IMG/VR virus record: IMGVR_UViG_3300017917_003852
Coordinates: 14,425-78,424 of that record
DNA length: 64,000 nucleotides
Reading direction: 5' to 3' (one strand)
From: a virus
Shown here in pieces: positions 27,241 to 36,442 of this stretch (positions are counted from its first letter, which is position 1; the number at the start of each line of letters is the position of its first letter). The notes under the pieces were generated by a model. The model saw only the letters and a list, made by a program, of their open reading frames with translations. It did no database searches and was not told the origin of the DNA. A program made the position numbers and the translations under genes.

Positions 27241-27617
27241 TAGTAATTGTACTCAAACGTACCCCAACCTAGTAAGGTTCTAGGTGTGTTTTTTCGAGCT
27301 TGTATCCACATGTAACCATCTTTGTCGTATTCGCTAAACCAATCTACATAACTTTTGTTGTAAAGAATATCTTGCATTTCCCAAAGATAATTTTTTGGAT
27401 ACTGATAACATGGATCGTCTCCTTTGTATCGACGCCGCATCGGCAATTTTTGCGATGGGTGTTCTGATAGTACCATCAAAAGATGCTCTTGTTCTAACTC
27501 CTTAAGGGTAATAGGAACGAAGTTTGCCTTATGATACAAACTAGGCAAAGCTCGATCGACCACTTTGTTGTAATCGTATTCTCGAATAATAACTCTGCGT
27601 CGTAATTGTTTCTTCAT
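27240..27617 (-). CDS. hypothetical protein
   Basis: ORF track; ATGA-coupled. Confidence 0.6.
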   Translation of the reverse strand: MKKQLRRRVIIREYDYNKVVDRALPSLYHKANFVPITLKELEQEHLLMVLSEHPSQKLPMRRRYKGDDPCYQYPKNYLWEMQDILYNKSYVDWFSEYDKDGYMWIQARKNTPRTLLGWGTFEYNY

Positions 27618-27862
27618 GCAAACCTCAGTGCAAATTTTACAGCAATTTGTGAATCATCAAACCAAAATATATTGCCCGTCCATGAATAACGATTAGGATG
27701 ATTTTTACTAAGCCAACCGTGTATTTCGCCCCATTTCATATAGTTGGCGTGTATTGGAATATAGCCGGCACGCTCAAACTGTTCGCAGTGAGTTTCATGT
27801 ACCACAGGAGAACCGTCGAGCTGTGTCCGAATAAATGTTCTAATCGGTATTAACTCACTCAC
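27614..27862 (-). CDS. FxLRW-family mini protein
   Basis: FWFDDSQIAVKFALRFA. Confidence 0.75.
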   Translation of the reverse strand: MSELIPIRTFIRTQLDGSPVVHETHCEQFERAGYIPIHANYMKWGEIHGWLSKNHPNRYSWTGNIFWFDDSQIAVKFALRFA

Positions 27863-28119
27863 GCAAACCTCAGTGCAAATTCTGTAGCAGCCTTTTCGTC
27901 TCGAAAGACAAACATAGTATCTGTAGTTTCTAAATCCTCTACATCACCTACAATCCATTGATTATAATAGCACCAGTCGTCACCGTTAAGCCAGTGGTTA
28001 ATCGATCCTTCTCGACCGCCATAACGAGCACTGCCTTGTCCGGCATTTGCTGCTAGCCAAGATTCAATTTCCGCCTTTTTATCTCGCATTGTGTTGAAAG
28101 GTACTTTAACTTTGTTCAT
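27859..28119 (-). CDS. FxLRW-family mini protein
   Basis: FVFRDEKAATEFALRFA. Confidence 0.75.
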   Translation of the reverse strand: MNKVKVPFNTMRDKKAEIESWLAANAGQGSARYGGREGSINHWLNGDDWCYYNQWIVGDVEDLETTDTMFVFRDEKAATEFALRFA

Positions 28120-28372
28120 TGCCTGCCCATCTTAATAAGAATAATGCTTTTTGTTTCTTATTACTAAAATAAAAAGTTTTATTATAGTATCCCCACTCAT
28201 CTTCCATGACTTCATCTAACCATTTGCAGCGTTGGACAATATCGTCATTATATAATAAAGTATCATACATCTCATACGATTCCGGATATTGCAGTTCTAG
28301 CAGCAAAGTTTGGTCCATGGCATCAGCTAGTTCCTTTGCTACTCGATTTACATATTCTTCTGCTATGTCCAT
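28106..28372 (-). CDS. FxLRW-family mini protein
   Basis: FYFSNKKQKALFLLRWA. Confidence 0.75.
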   Translation of the reverse strand: MDIAEEYVNRVAKELADAMDQTLLLELQYPESYEMYDTLLYNDDIVQRCKWLDEVMEDEWGYYNKTFYFSNKKQKALFLLRWAGNEQS

Positions 28373-28617
28373 TATGCCCACCTCAATAAAAACCAAGCGA
28401 ATTTCTCTTCATTAACAACTCTATAATCTTCGATAGTTATTAACCTCGCGTCCATTTCTATTTCTATACCATACTCATCTAGTATGCGATGCAATTGTGC
28501 GTCATATCTTGGACTGCCGGTGATTACTCGTGCTTGCCCGGTAATGGGCCAAGATCGGTGCTGCCCTTCTTCGTTCCATTCTCTACTTAGAATTTTCTGT
28601 AGTTCGCCGGGTGTCAT
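28372..28617 (-). CDS. FxLRW-family mini protein
   Basis: VVNEEKFAWFLLRWA. Confidence 0.75.
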   Translation of the reverse strand: MTPGELQKILSREWNEEGQHRSWPITGQARVITGSPRYDAQLHRILDEYGIEIEMDARLITIEDYRVVNEEKFAWFLLRWA

Positions 28618-28823
28618 GCCCACCTCAATGCAAAATGTACAGCATCTTCTCTATTTTCAAATTGAATAAATTTGTCAGTAGTCCAACCAGGATTGTGAAA
28701 ATACATACCTGTGCAATTCTCTTCTAACCACCGATCAACTAACCAATCCTTGTAACTGCGACGAAATCGGCTTTGGATATTATCGTAATCGTATTTGGCA
28801 TATACTACTGTGTGTAAAGGCAT
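28614..28823 (-). CDS. FxLRW-family mini protein
   Basis: IQFENREDAVHFALRWA. Confidence 0.75.
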   Translation of the reverse strand: MPLHTVVYAKYDYDNIQSRFRRSYKDWLVDRWLEENCTGMYFHNPGWTTDKFIQFENREDAVHFALRWA

Positions 28824-29020
28824 TATCCGCCCCACCTAAGCATAAAGAATGTAGCATCCTCTTGACGCTTGAACACAAAGTAAAGACCGTTGTTGCGCCA
28901 ATTGCCACTTTTAAAATTCTCGTAGCAAAATCTCTGCAACCTTTCGGATTGCCCCCAAGCATCTACTTCAGGAAGCATACGAAATTGATGCGGCCAATAT
29001 TTTTTATTATAGGTTTGCAT
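28823..29020 (-). CDS. FxLRW-family mini protein
   Basis: FVFKRQEDATFFMLRWGG. Confidence 0.75.
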   Translation of the reverse strand: MQTYNKKYWPHQFRMLPEVDAWGQSERLQRFCYENFKSGNWRNNGLYFVFKRQEDATFFMLRWGG

Positions 29021-29291
29021 AGTCTGCGGTTAATGCATTTAAAATAACTTGATTGCGTTCAGCTTGCCAACTTTTAAGCCAAGGAGTACGATCACATTCC
29101 TCAATGTGTTTTAAAATTTGAGTGCGGCTACTAGATTCAATTGCTTCATGTAATCCAATCATCATAACTGGTTGTCGCCAACGATATACTACTATACACA
29201 TTTTGTCATCGGGATGCAAGTTCCATGCCCACTCATAAGGGTAATCACCATCAAGATCTGGAATATCACTTAAATGTTTAAATTTCGTCAT
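29007..29291 (-). CDS. hypothetical protein
   Basis: ORF track. Confidence 0.55.
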   Translation of the reverse strand: MTKFKHLSDIPDLDGDYPYEWAWNLHPDDKMCIVVYRWRQPVMMIGLHEAIESSSRTQILKHIEECDRTPWLKSWQAERNQVILNALTADYANL

Positions 29292-29673
29292 AATAATCCT
29301 CTACCACAACCCAACCTAACTTTTGAAAGTCTTCTCTAATCTCATCAGTAATAACACTTTCTGCTACATACTTTCTTAGATCAAATCCTTGCGCTAGTGC
29401 TGCTTCGTAGTCAATTTCTTCTGGATTGCCGCGAATACCCGAACAATACCAATTCATGTAATCACCTTCGCACCGAATGTCGGCAACTACGCCACCGGCA
29501 TAGCGCCAAGTACAGGACCATATAGCATCTTTAAGTATAGGCACGACTTCCATTTTTTGGAATGCATTATTGCATAGTGCGGCATAAAGATTTTGTGAGT
29601 ATGCGTCACTGGCACGTACTTTATCCACAAACCACTTTGCGTCTTTCATGTCTCGTTCTAAATTGTAATCCAT
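29278..29673 (-). CDS. conserved phage hypothetical protein
   Basis: YSQNLYAALCNN...WSCTWRYAGG...DYMNWYCSG. Confidence 0.7.
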   Translation of the reverse strand: MDYNLERDMKDAKWFVDKVRASDAYSQNLYAALCNNAFQKMEVVPILKDAIWSCTWRYAGGVVADIRCEGDYMNWYCSGIRGNPEEIDYEAALAQGFDLRKYVAESVITDEIREDFQKLGWVVVEDYYDEI

Positions 29674-29867
29674 TATTGTCCTTCCCATTTTAACTGAAAT
29701 AACATTGCATCCTGTTCGTTGGTGAATTCAAACTCGTATCGAAGATACCAATCTTCATCCGCAAGTTCGCTTTCATATACTAGCCAACAAACAAAACTAG
29801 GGCAATTTTCTCTTGCCCAAGTTGAGAGTTCAATCTCGTCGATGTCAAATAATACTACTATTGCCAT
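29673..29867 (-). CDS. FxLRW-family mini protein
   Basis: FEFTNEQDAMLFQLKWE. Confidence 0.75.
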   Translation of the reverse strand: MAIVVLFDIDEIELSTWARENCPSFVCWLVYESELADEDWYLRYEFEFTNEQDAMLFQLKWEGQ

Positions 29868-30094
29868 TTTAGTAAAAAATTACTAGCGTCTGCTTCGTTT
29901 TCTATAACTACCACCATACCTTGTTGATGTTTCCGTCCGTTAGGCAAGCACTGATCCATCCATGCATATATTTCTGGCTCATTGTCCGTCCACCAACGAA
30001 AGTCAGTGATGATTATGTAATAATATGGCATCTCTTCATCAAACGGACCGGTGGCGATAAATCTGCCTTTGTCGTCTGGAAACACTACGCTCAC
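29858..30094 (-). CDS. FxLRW-family mini protein
   Basis: IENEADASNFLLKWQ. Confidence 0.75.
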   Translation of the reverse strand: MSVVFPDDKGRFIATGPFDEEMPYYYIIITDFRWWTDNEPEIYAWMDQCLPNGRKHQQGMVVVIENEADASNFLLKWQ

Positions 30095-30535
30095 TGTTTT
30101 TGTTCCTTTTCTTTAGGTGCTTTTACTGCACAAATGGCAACAAAGCCTTTGCCATCCCATTCTTTACGAGCATCCATACACGCTTGATAATCGGGATATT
30201 CTTTTTTGTAAATGAATTTTATTTGTGGTGGCGGATCAGTCCAAAGTTGCACAACCAATATCCAAGGCATTAAGTCTAACATATCAGTTCCTTAATATTT
30301 CAAAAGTCCATTTAGCACTATCGGGATCTACTTCAAACCATAATTGATTACTTTCGTCTAGCCATACAGTAAAACCTTTACTGGTAAAAAAATCTACAGC
30401 AATTTGTTTAAATCGTTGATCATCGTAGTCAGGAATAGTTTTAGCTTCTTTTTGAATAGCATGTAGTTCATTGGTATAATAATTTAGAATATGAGCGTGA
30501 AACCATTCGGGTGCGTATCTAAAAGAGAATTGCAT
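30091..30535 (-). other. two small hypothetical ORFs (30091-30282; 30284-30535)
   Basis: ORF track; the second is a possible distant FxLRW relative (ends WTFEILRN). Confidence 0.55.
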
Positions 30536-30536
30536 T

Positions 30537-30761
30537 TCAACTCCACCTTAACAAAAAAGTCATCATTTCTTCTTCAGTATCAAACTGCCAAAGATCGAAA
30601 CTCATACGACGCCCACAATTATGTTCTTGGCACCACTCTTGTGCGGGCATTAACATGTGCTCACGCAAGCCAGTTGGTGTTACTGCACCATGTTCGTGAG
30701 CTAATTGTACTCTTAACCAATAACCTTGAGGGCGAGGCCAAGACTCCCATACTAATTTCAT
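30537..30761 (-). CDS. FxLRW-family mini protein
   Basis: AQEWCQE...WQFDTEEEMMTFLLRWS. Confidence 0.75.
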   Translation of the reverse strand: MKLVWESWPRPQGYWLRVQLAHEHGAVTPTGLREHMLMPAQEWCQEHNCGRRMSFDLWQFDTEEEMMTFLLRWS

Positions 30762-31108
30762 GTTATTTTTATTCTGTCAGTATTGGCTCTATTGCTATAC
30801 ACTTTATAACCGCGCTCTCGCATTAGATCTGCTGCTGCCTGAGGACTGTCATCGAACATTAGTTCGAGATCCTCTTTAGTAATATCATTGCTGCAATCGA
30901 TGGCGTACAGTTCATAATGCCGCTGACTATTAACTCTGGCCCTTAGTAGCATTTGTTGAAGCATACCATTCATTGGATTGCGAACAGGCTCTTCGTCATT
31001 GAGAATCCTAAAAGTATTTTCTGCGTCCCAGTGTTCATACTGAGTGATAGGAATAATGCTTTCTAGTCCTTCTTCACACCAATAAACAAGATATGCGTTA
31101 GTAGTCAT
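30758..31108 (-). CDS. conserved phage hypothetical protein
   Basis: WCEEGLE...LRARVNSQRHYELY. Confidence 0.65.
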   Translation of the reverse strand: MTTNAYLVYWCEEGLESIIPITQYEHWDAENTFRILNDEEPVRNPMNGMLQQMLLRARVNSQRHYELYAIDCSNDITKEDLELMFDDSPQAAADLMRERGYKVYSNRANTDRIKIT

Positions 31109-31332
31109 AGATATTTTATTTGAAAAAATGTTGCTCGAGCCGGATCGTCAAAGTCTAATCTAATATCAGTTGCACGTTGATTATATTCATCGTAACAAAA
31201 ATGTGTTCTAACTGTAAAACCCAATTCTCTTTTTAAACGCCAGGTTATTAAAAAAATTTTATCGCCGTGCTCGTTCTCAATGCGTTGGCGCAAAGTTTTC
31301 CATTCTGGTTTGCTAAAGATCAAAGTGGTCAT
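31105..31332 (-). CDS. FxLRW-family-like mini protein
   Basis: LDFDDPARATFFQIKYL. Confidence 0.65.
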   Translation of the reverse strand: MTTLIFSKPEWKTLRQRIENEHGDKIFLITWRLKRELGFTVRTHFCYDEYNQRATDIRLDFDDPARATFFQIKYL

Positions 31333-31337
31333 ACTGC

Positions 31338-31366
31338 ATTATAGCAGTATATTTAGATTAGGTCAA
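31338..31366 (-). promoter_or_regulatory. early sigma70 promoter heading mini-gene array B (leaderless first gene)
   Basis: TTGACC-17-TATAAT with TG extension; ATG 5 nt after the -10. Confidence 0.8.
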
Positions 31367-31710
31367 GCTATCCAGCCTTGTCCGGTTATCTGATGATACC
31401 AGGGATAAAACGGTCCGACTACAATAAACTGCCAATCGCTAGTTATCCATGCGGTCGCCGGATTGGCAAGATGTTGGTACTTGGGTAGCACTTCGTGCCC
31501 GTTTATTGTTATTTTTGCAACTTCTACTGCACCGTTGCTAATCTTACAACTAAAGTTTAACCCTTCTAGTAAATCAAAATACATTGTTGATTTTACCGGC
31601 TGATTATTCACTGTAAAATGATATTTTGGATTATGGTGCTCAACTAAATGAATCTTTACTTCAATTTGATTAGCTGTATCAATATCCGTAATGTCTAAGA
31701 AATTTTTCAT
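31363..31710 (-). CDS. hypothetical protein
   Basis: ORF overlapping the radical SAM 3' end. Confidence 0.6.
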   Translation of the reverse strand: MKNFLDITDIDTANQIEVKIHLVEHHNPKYHFTVNNQPVKSTMYFDLLEGLNFSCKISNGAVEVAKITINGHEVLPKYQHLANPATAWITSDWQFIVVGPFYPWYHQITGQGWIA

Positions 31711-32989
31711 ATCTTGGTGCATAATCTAAAATGGAATTTCCCCGCAGGGATTCAAACGCTTTTAAAAAGGATATTAAATTGTATCTTAATTCCTCGACAT
31801 TTTTTGGTACGTTATAGTCGCAAATAAATTGATAGTAATCTAGTATAATGTTTGCAGTAGCCTGGTCAATTTGATTAGTTTGTCTGACATTAACTAAATT
31901 TTCTTTAGTAAGTCGATATTTTTTAATTAATGTTTGTAATTTTTCTTTAATCTCTTGACGTATGTCTTCGGGCATTATTTCCATGCGAAGCCACTCGGGT
32001 CTATACAGTATATTACAACTTTCTGATATTACTTTATTGTTAATCATAAACTCAAATAATTTATCTAATTCGTATATAGAAAAAATATTAGGTGTAATTC
32101 GTAAAGAAATAACTAGTCCGGAATTCTCTTTTCTTAGTTGTAAAAAATTATCTATGTTCGACAGTATTTCTGTAATTTGTCCAGGCCAGCGTATATAATC
32201 GTTAATAGGATCTACAGATTCTATACTAATACCTAAATGAAATTGTTCAAAATGTCCTATTAGATTATGGATTCGTTGATTATATATTGTGCCATTTGTT
32301 GTGGTGCCAACAATTATATCTTTAGCTAAATCATGCTCAATTAATTTTTCACAGATAGTATAAAATGCTTCTTCGTATAATGTTTCTCCTCCTAAGAAAT
32401 GTATATAACGAAGATTAGGAATTTCTTTTAGTTCTTCAATGAATTGATTTATTAATGTTTGGTCCTTAGTCCAAGATTCAATTTTTTCAGGTTTCAAAAA
32501 TAATTTAGAATTTATTTTGTGTAGCTTATGAAATTCTTGTTCTAGTTTGCTGCTTGCTTCGGGTCTGCACATTATACAAGCACTATTACATGTATTACCT
32601 AGTTCAACTTGTAATTCAACTGGCGCTAAATTTGCTTCACCGTTATTATTAAAACTATATTCAAAGTTTTTGTAATGCGGACTGCTTCTAAAAGTTTTTA
32701 GAAAGTCATTTGTATCAACAGCACTTTTATTAAGTTGTCTCATACGTCCGTTTAACTTACCAAAACTTTCTTCATAATAACAAATGGAACAATGATTAGG
32801 TTCTTCGCCGGCCAATAACTGTTGGCGAAGAATTTTCATCTGATCGCTGTTGTAATATTGCATTATCGATTGATTACTAAACGAATGGAGCCGTTGTGGA
32901 TTTTTAGCCCAACTACATGACTCAAAACTTCCGTCGTAGGTAAGTCTCACGTGGAACCACGGACTAGAACAAAAAGTTTTTTCAAACAT
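31679..32989 (-). CDS. radical SAM protein with N-terminal twitch/SPASM-like Cys cluster
   Basis: CNSACIMC (CxxxCxxC), FLGGE, TTNGT; N-terminal FCSSPW...CSIC. Confidence 0.9.
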   Translation of the reverse strand: MFEKTFCSSPWFHVRLTYDGSFESCSWAKNPQRLHSFSNQSIMQYYNSDQMKILRQQLLAGEEPNHCSICYYEESFGKLNGRMRQLNKSAVDTNDFLKTFRSSPHYKNFEYSFNNNGEANLAPVELQVELGNTCNSACIMCRPEASSKLEQEFHKLHKINSKLFLKPEKIESWTKDQTLINQFIEELKEIPNLRYIHFLGGETLYEEAFYTICEKLIEHDLAKDIIVGTTTNGTIYNQRIHNLIGHFEQFHLGISIESVDPINDYIRWPGQITEILSNIDNFLQLRKENSGLVISLRITPNIFSIYELDKLFEFMINNKVISESCNILYRPEWLRMEIMPEDIRQEIKEKLQTLIKKYRLTKENLVNVRQTNQIDQATANIILDYYQFICDYNVPKNVEELRYNLISFLKAFESLRGNSILDYAPRYEKFLRHYGY

Positions 32990-34257
32990 TAATCAATAAT
33001 TCCGAAGTTGGCCCAGTTAGATGCACCAAGACACACCCAACCCATTGGGCCTCCAGGATTTGGATTTGTGTTCCAAACTACATGTCCGCGTTGGCTTACA
33101 TAATTTGGTGGTTCAGCAGCAGAGGTAAATTTCATTGTTCCAATTCGTAAATCATTTATAGTTGCCGAGCCATCAGTATCTAAAGTTATATTTTCTTTGT
33201 TGTTAGATGTTAAAATTAACTTTTGATTTCTTGGAGTTCCAAAATTGCCAACGCCGGCTGATTTCTTGTTGGCCACAATTTCAACTTCTTGATCCCAAAT
33301 TGACAATGCTGCACTAGGTTCAATGGTGTTAATACCGACACGTTTTGGTGTTACATATAAAGTTTCTGCTAACAAAGATTCACCGCTTACTTGCAATTCT
33401 TTAAGCACACCAAGATGCTGTAAATTACTGCTTATTATAGTGGATCCAAGTTTATTGTCGGTGATTACGTCTGCACCGTTTAACTTAATCTTAGTAAGAT
33501 CTAAACCGTCAGTTTTGATTTTATCAAATACCAATGAACTAAAACTGTCAAACAATCCTCTGTTCATATTTGACAATGCCGAGGTAGTAGTTTCTTTGAT
33601 TAAGTTTGTATAAAATACACATTCTCGATCTACTTCGCCGTTAATTGACAAATTACCGTTGATTGACACTAATCCTTCAACTGTAAGATCTTTTGTTAGT
33701 AAGTTGTTTTCAATAACAGTAGCATCATCGAGTATTGTTAAGGCTACACCAGTTGATCGATCATCAATACCGGTACTGCTAAAATTCTCTATTAGTCCGC
33801 CTTTAATATTATCGCCACTAATAATTAAATCATTTAATTTTATTGCCGCAGGATTGATACTATTGTCAGGGAATGTAATCTCTCTGATACGATCCACTAT
33901 TAATGTAGCAGTAGCATCATTGACTGCTTGATTTAAATTAAACTTAGCTAATCGTTCTGATACAGTTTTGTTAATTAACTCCACAGTAGAAGTTTGGGCT
34001 TCAGTGATAGTTTCATTAATTCTATCTGTGATGCGTTTTTCTAATTTCTTACTATCAATTGTGTATTGTGCAGCTTTTTTGTCTAATGCTGCATTGGCAG
34101 CATTTTGTACGTGCGTATTGTAATCAAAAGATTCTAAGCGAGAGTTGATACTATCTAATATTAGTTTATCAACTTGAGTTGATACATTGACGGTAATCTC
34201 GCTTACTATTTGATCGACTATTTTGCTTATGTGTTCGTTAAGATCCATTATTATCAA
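32989..34257 (-). CDS. putative structural/fibre-like protein
   Basis: Helical N-terminus; RVGINTIEPSAAL; C-terminal GHVVWN...GWVC. Confidence 0.55.
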   Translation of the reverse strand: MIIMDLNEHISKIVDQIVSEITVNVSTQVDKLILDSINSRLESFDYNTHVQNAANAALDKKAAQYTIDSKKLEKRITDRINETITEAQTSTVELINKTVSERLAKFNLNQAVNDATATLIVDRIREITFPDNSINPAAIKLNDLIISGDNIKGGLIENFSSTGIDDRSTGVALTILDDATVIENNLLTKDLTVEGLVSINGNLSINGEVDRECVFYTNLIKETTTSALSNMNRGLFDSFSSLVFDKIKTDGLDLTKIKLNGADVITDNKLGSTIISSNLQHLGVLKELQVSGESLLAETLYVTPKRVGINTIEPSAALSIWDQEVEIVANKKSAGVGNFGTPRNQKLILTSNNKENITLDTDGSATINDLRIGTMKFTSAAEPPNYVSQRGHVVWNTNPNPGGPMGWVCLGASNWANFGIID

Positions 34258-34978
34258 ATTGAATACTAATTACGTGCTCGTAATTTTTCTTGATTAAACT
34301 TTTATACATTAAATTCTTATGCACACTAAAACCAACGCCGCCAGCATCTGCACTAAATTTTGCTAGTTGTTTAAAAAACATAGCCCTTCTATCAAATGGG
34401 CCTACATTTACTAACTGATCGTTGGTTATTTCGAATACTTTTGTTACCCACTTATTTCTATCTTGAAGATTATAATCGTGAAATTCTAAAAATACAGAAT
34501 TTTGGTTTGTGCTGCGTATTAGTGCAGGAACGGAAAATTCTTTATCTTTAAAGTCTTGATTTTTGTAATCCTTACAAGTAGTTATCAAATATTCTTTAGT
34601 AAGATTACAAATTTCTACTACTCGATTTTTTTGATCCGAATCAGAATCTGCAAAGGTAAAATACTCATCCAATGCAACTACTACATCAAATGATTTTTGA
34701 TACTGTTCAAAGTTCTTTTTATCAATATAATTATATTTTATATTAAGTTCGTCTAATAGCTTTCTTGCATCGTTGCTTATTTTGGTAACTGATACATTTT
34801 TACAATTGGTCGCAAGTATAGCCGGACTGAAGCCCACAAACAAAATAGAATTAGGAGAAAAATTGTGGAATTCTGCTACTCCATCAATTATTTCTTTTTT
34901 GCGTTTAACTATATCAGCTGGTTTTTGATGTGATTTAAATGCTCTAAACAAACAATCCGTGTAACTTTCAAAGCTCAT
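34238..34978 (-). CDS. SAM-methyltransferase-like fold protein
   Basis: SILFVG...FDVVVALDEYF. Confidence 0.4.
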   Translation of the reverse strand: MSFESYTDCLFRAFKSHQKPADIVKRKKEIIDGVAEFHNFSPNSILFVGFSPAILATNCKNVSVTKISNDARKLLDELNIKYNYIDKKNFEQYQKSFDVVVALDEYFTFADSDSDQKNRVVEICNLTKEYLITTCKDYKNQDFKDKEFSVPALIRSTNQNSVFLEFHDYNLQDRNKWVTKVFEITNDQLVNVGPFDRRAMFFKQLAKFSADAGGVGFSVHKNLMYKSLIKKNYEHVISIQFDNNGS

Positions 34979-35012
34979 GATGCCCTTTAATTTTTTATTA
35001 TCGTGTAGTTAT

Positions 35013-35930
35013 TTATTGAGTTTGACGTATTAAATCAAGTGTAACACAGTGAAAACCGCCGCCTAATGTTCTACTATGCCTTAATTCTAACGGTATAACT
35101 GTAAAATTGTAATTTTCTAATATATTCATTAACTTGTGTTGATGTTTATCAATGATAACAGTATAAGGATCTACAACTAACATGTTTAGAGCTATCCATT
35201 TACTAGCATATGGATACTTGTAAAAATCTTGTGCTACTACGTCATCAACCCAAATAATTTCCCAGTTATGAAAAACATTGGGTAAATTATCCATATTGAC
35301 TCTGCTAGCATTTACCATTACTAGACCTTCGCGTAATGGTACAATAGTACTATCAATATGAACTCCAGAATAGAAATTACAAACTTCTACTTTAACATCC
35401 GGAAATTTATGTTGTAACCATTTTGCTGCACTGCGATTACCACTGGCACTTTCTAAGTATAACATAGTATCATTAAGACGTAAAACATTTGCGGCATCTA
35501 AAATCATACCTTCGTTTCTTGGCATGCGATGCACAGTATCGGCGCGAAATATTACATCGTCTAATCCCTCTATTTCCATGTCTCTACAAGGATACATCAT
35601 AGCAGGATCCACAATTGTGTCGCCATAAATTAGTAATCGATCTCTTGGGCAATATCCATACATACCACCATGCTCTTGATAATTAATTGCTCGAGGTCTA
35701 TGTACTGTTGCTCCAAATTGTTCTAGGGTGTCAGCTAATATATCAAGATCCTCGTTAGCTTCGTCAATGATCCAGTCCGGAACTGGGCCGCTAGGTACTG
35801 GAGTTTCTGTCCATGTAGTTTTTTCACTTTCTTTTGCAAATACCGGATCGTCACTAGGCCAATTAGCAAAGTCTGCTCGACCAACTACTACTTCGACTAA
35901 CGTATCCCATTCATTATAACTGTGTATCAT
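35013..35930 (-). CDS. amidinotransferase (glycine/inosamine-phosphate type)
   Basis: SYNEWDTLVEVVVG, CPRD, DAAN, HIDST, LGGGFHCVTLD. Confidence 0.92.
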   Translation of the reverse strand: MIHSYNEWDTLVEVVVGRADFANWPSDDPVFAKESEKTTWTETPVPSGPVPDWIIDEANEDLDILADTLEQFGATVHRPRAINYQEHGGMYGYCPRDRLLIYGDTIVDPAMMYPCRDMEIEGLDDVIFRADTVHRMPRNEGMILDAANVLRLNDTMLYLESASGNRSAAKWLQHKFPDVKVEVCNFYSGVHIDSTIVPLREGLVMVNASRVNMDNLPNVFHNWEIIWVDDVVAQDFYKYPYASKWIALNMLVVDPYTVIIDKHQHKLMNILENYNFTVIPLELRHSRTLGGGFHCVTLDLIRQTQ

Positions 35931-36442
35931 ACATGCCCAGTGATTTGTAAAGTATAACGAGGCTCAAATCCCATGTTATATGCTCCGTGGGGAGCATCCC
36001 ATGGCCATACTAATGTAAAGCCTGCCTTCCATTCTGAGTAGCCGGTGCCTTGACACTCTGCAAAGTGCCCGGGCTTGCGATCTTCGAGAAATATAACTGC
36101 TCGCCTAATAGAACTTTCTTTTCCTTTTAAGTTAAAGAGCTCAATATATTTGCGATATGTATCAATATGTTCAGGTAAGCTACTACCAGGATCCATGCGA
36201 TAATATGATGTACCAACGTCTTTCCAATGCTCATATCTTTCAAAAAAATCAATAAATCTTTTATTCCATGTAGGTTGTGTATTACGCATGTCGCACATCC
36301 AACCACCAAAAGGTCCCCGGAATCCTGCATCTTCCCAATCTATTTCTGTTGTAGGATCATTGAATTTTTCTTTAATGTAATTGAGATTTTTAAATTCGTC
36401 GTCCCAAAATTTTTCTAAGTTAAATGATTCGTGTGTTGCCAT
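35927..36442 (-). CDS. cupin/2OG-Fe(II) oxygenase-like protein
   Basis: PEHIDTY (HxD) and distal PHGAYN...RYTLQITG. Confidence 0.75.
   Translation of the reverse strand: MATHESFNLEKFWDDEFKNLNYIKEKFNDPTTEIDWEDAGFRGPFGGWMCDMRNTQPTWNKRFIDFFERYEHWKDVGTSYYRMDPGSSLPEHIDTYRKYIELFNLKGKESSIRRAVIFLEDRKPGHFAECQGTGYSEWKAGFTLVWPWDAPHGAYNMGFEPRYTLQITGHV

Noticed and set aside
27614-28850. CRISPR array or integron attC cassettes from the recurring junction repeats
   Set aside because: Repeats are coding, degenerate and 200-260 bp apart; no palindromic attC structure, cas gene or integrase is visible
7257-31332. Diversity-generating retroelement behind the paralog diversity
   Set aside because: No reverse transcriptase in the window and no long repeat pair differing only at adenines
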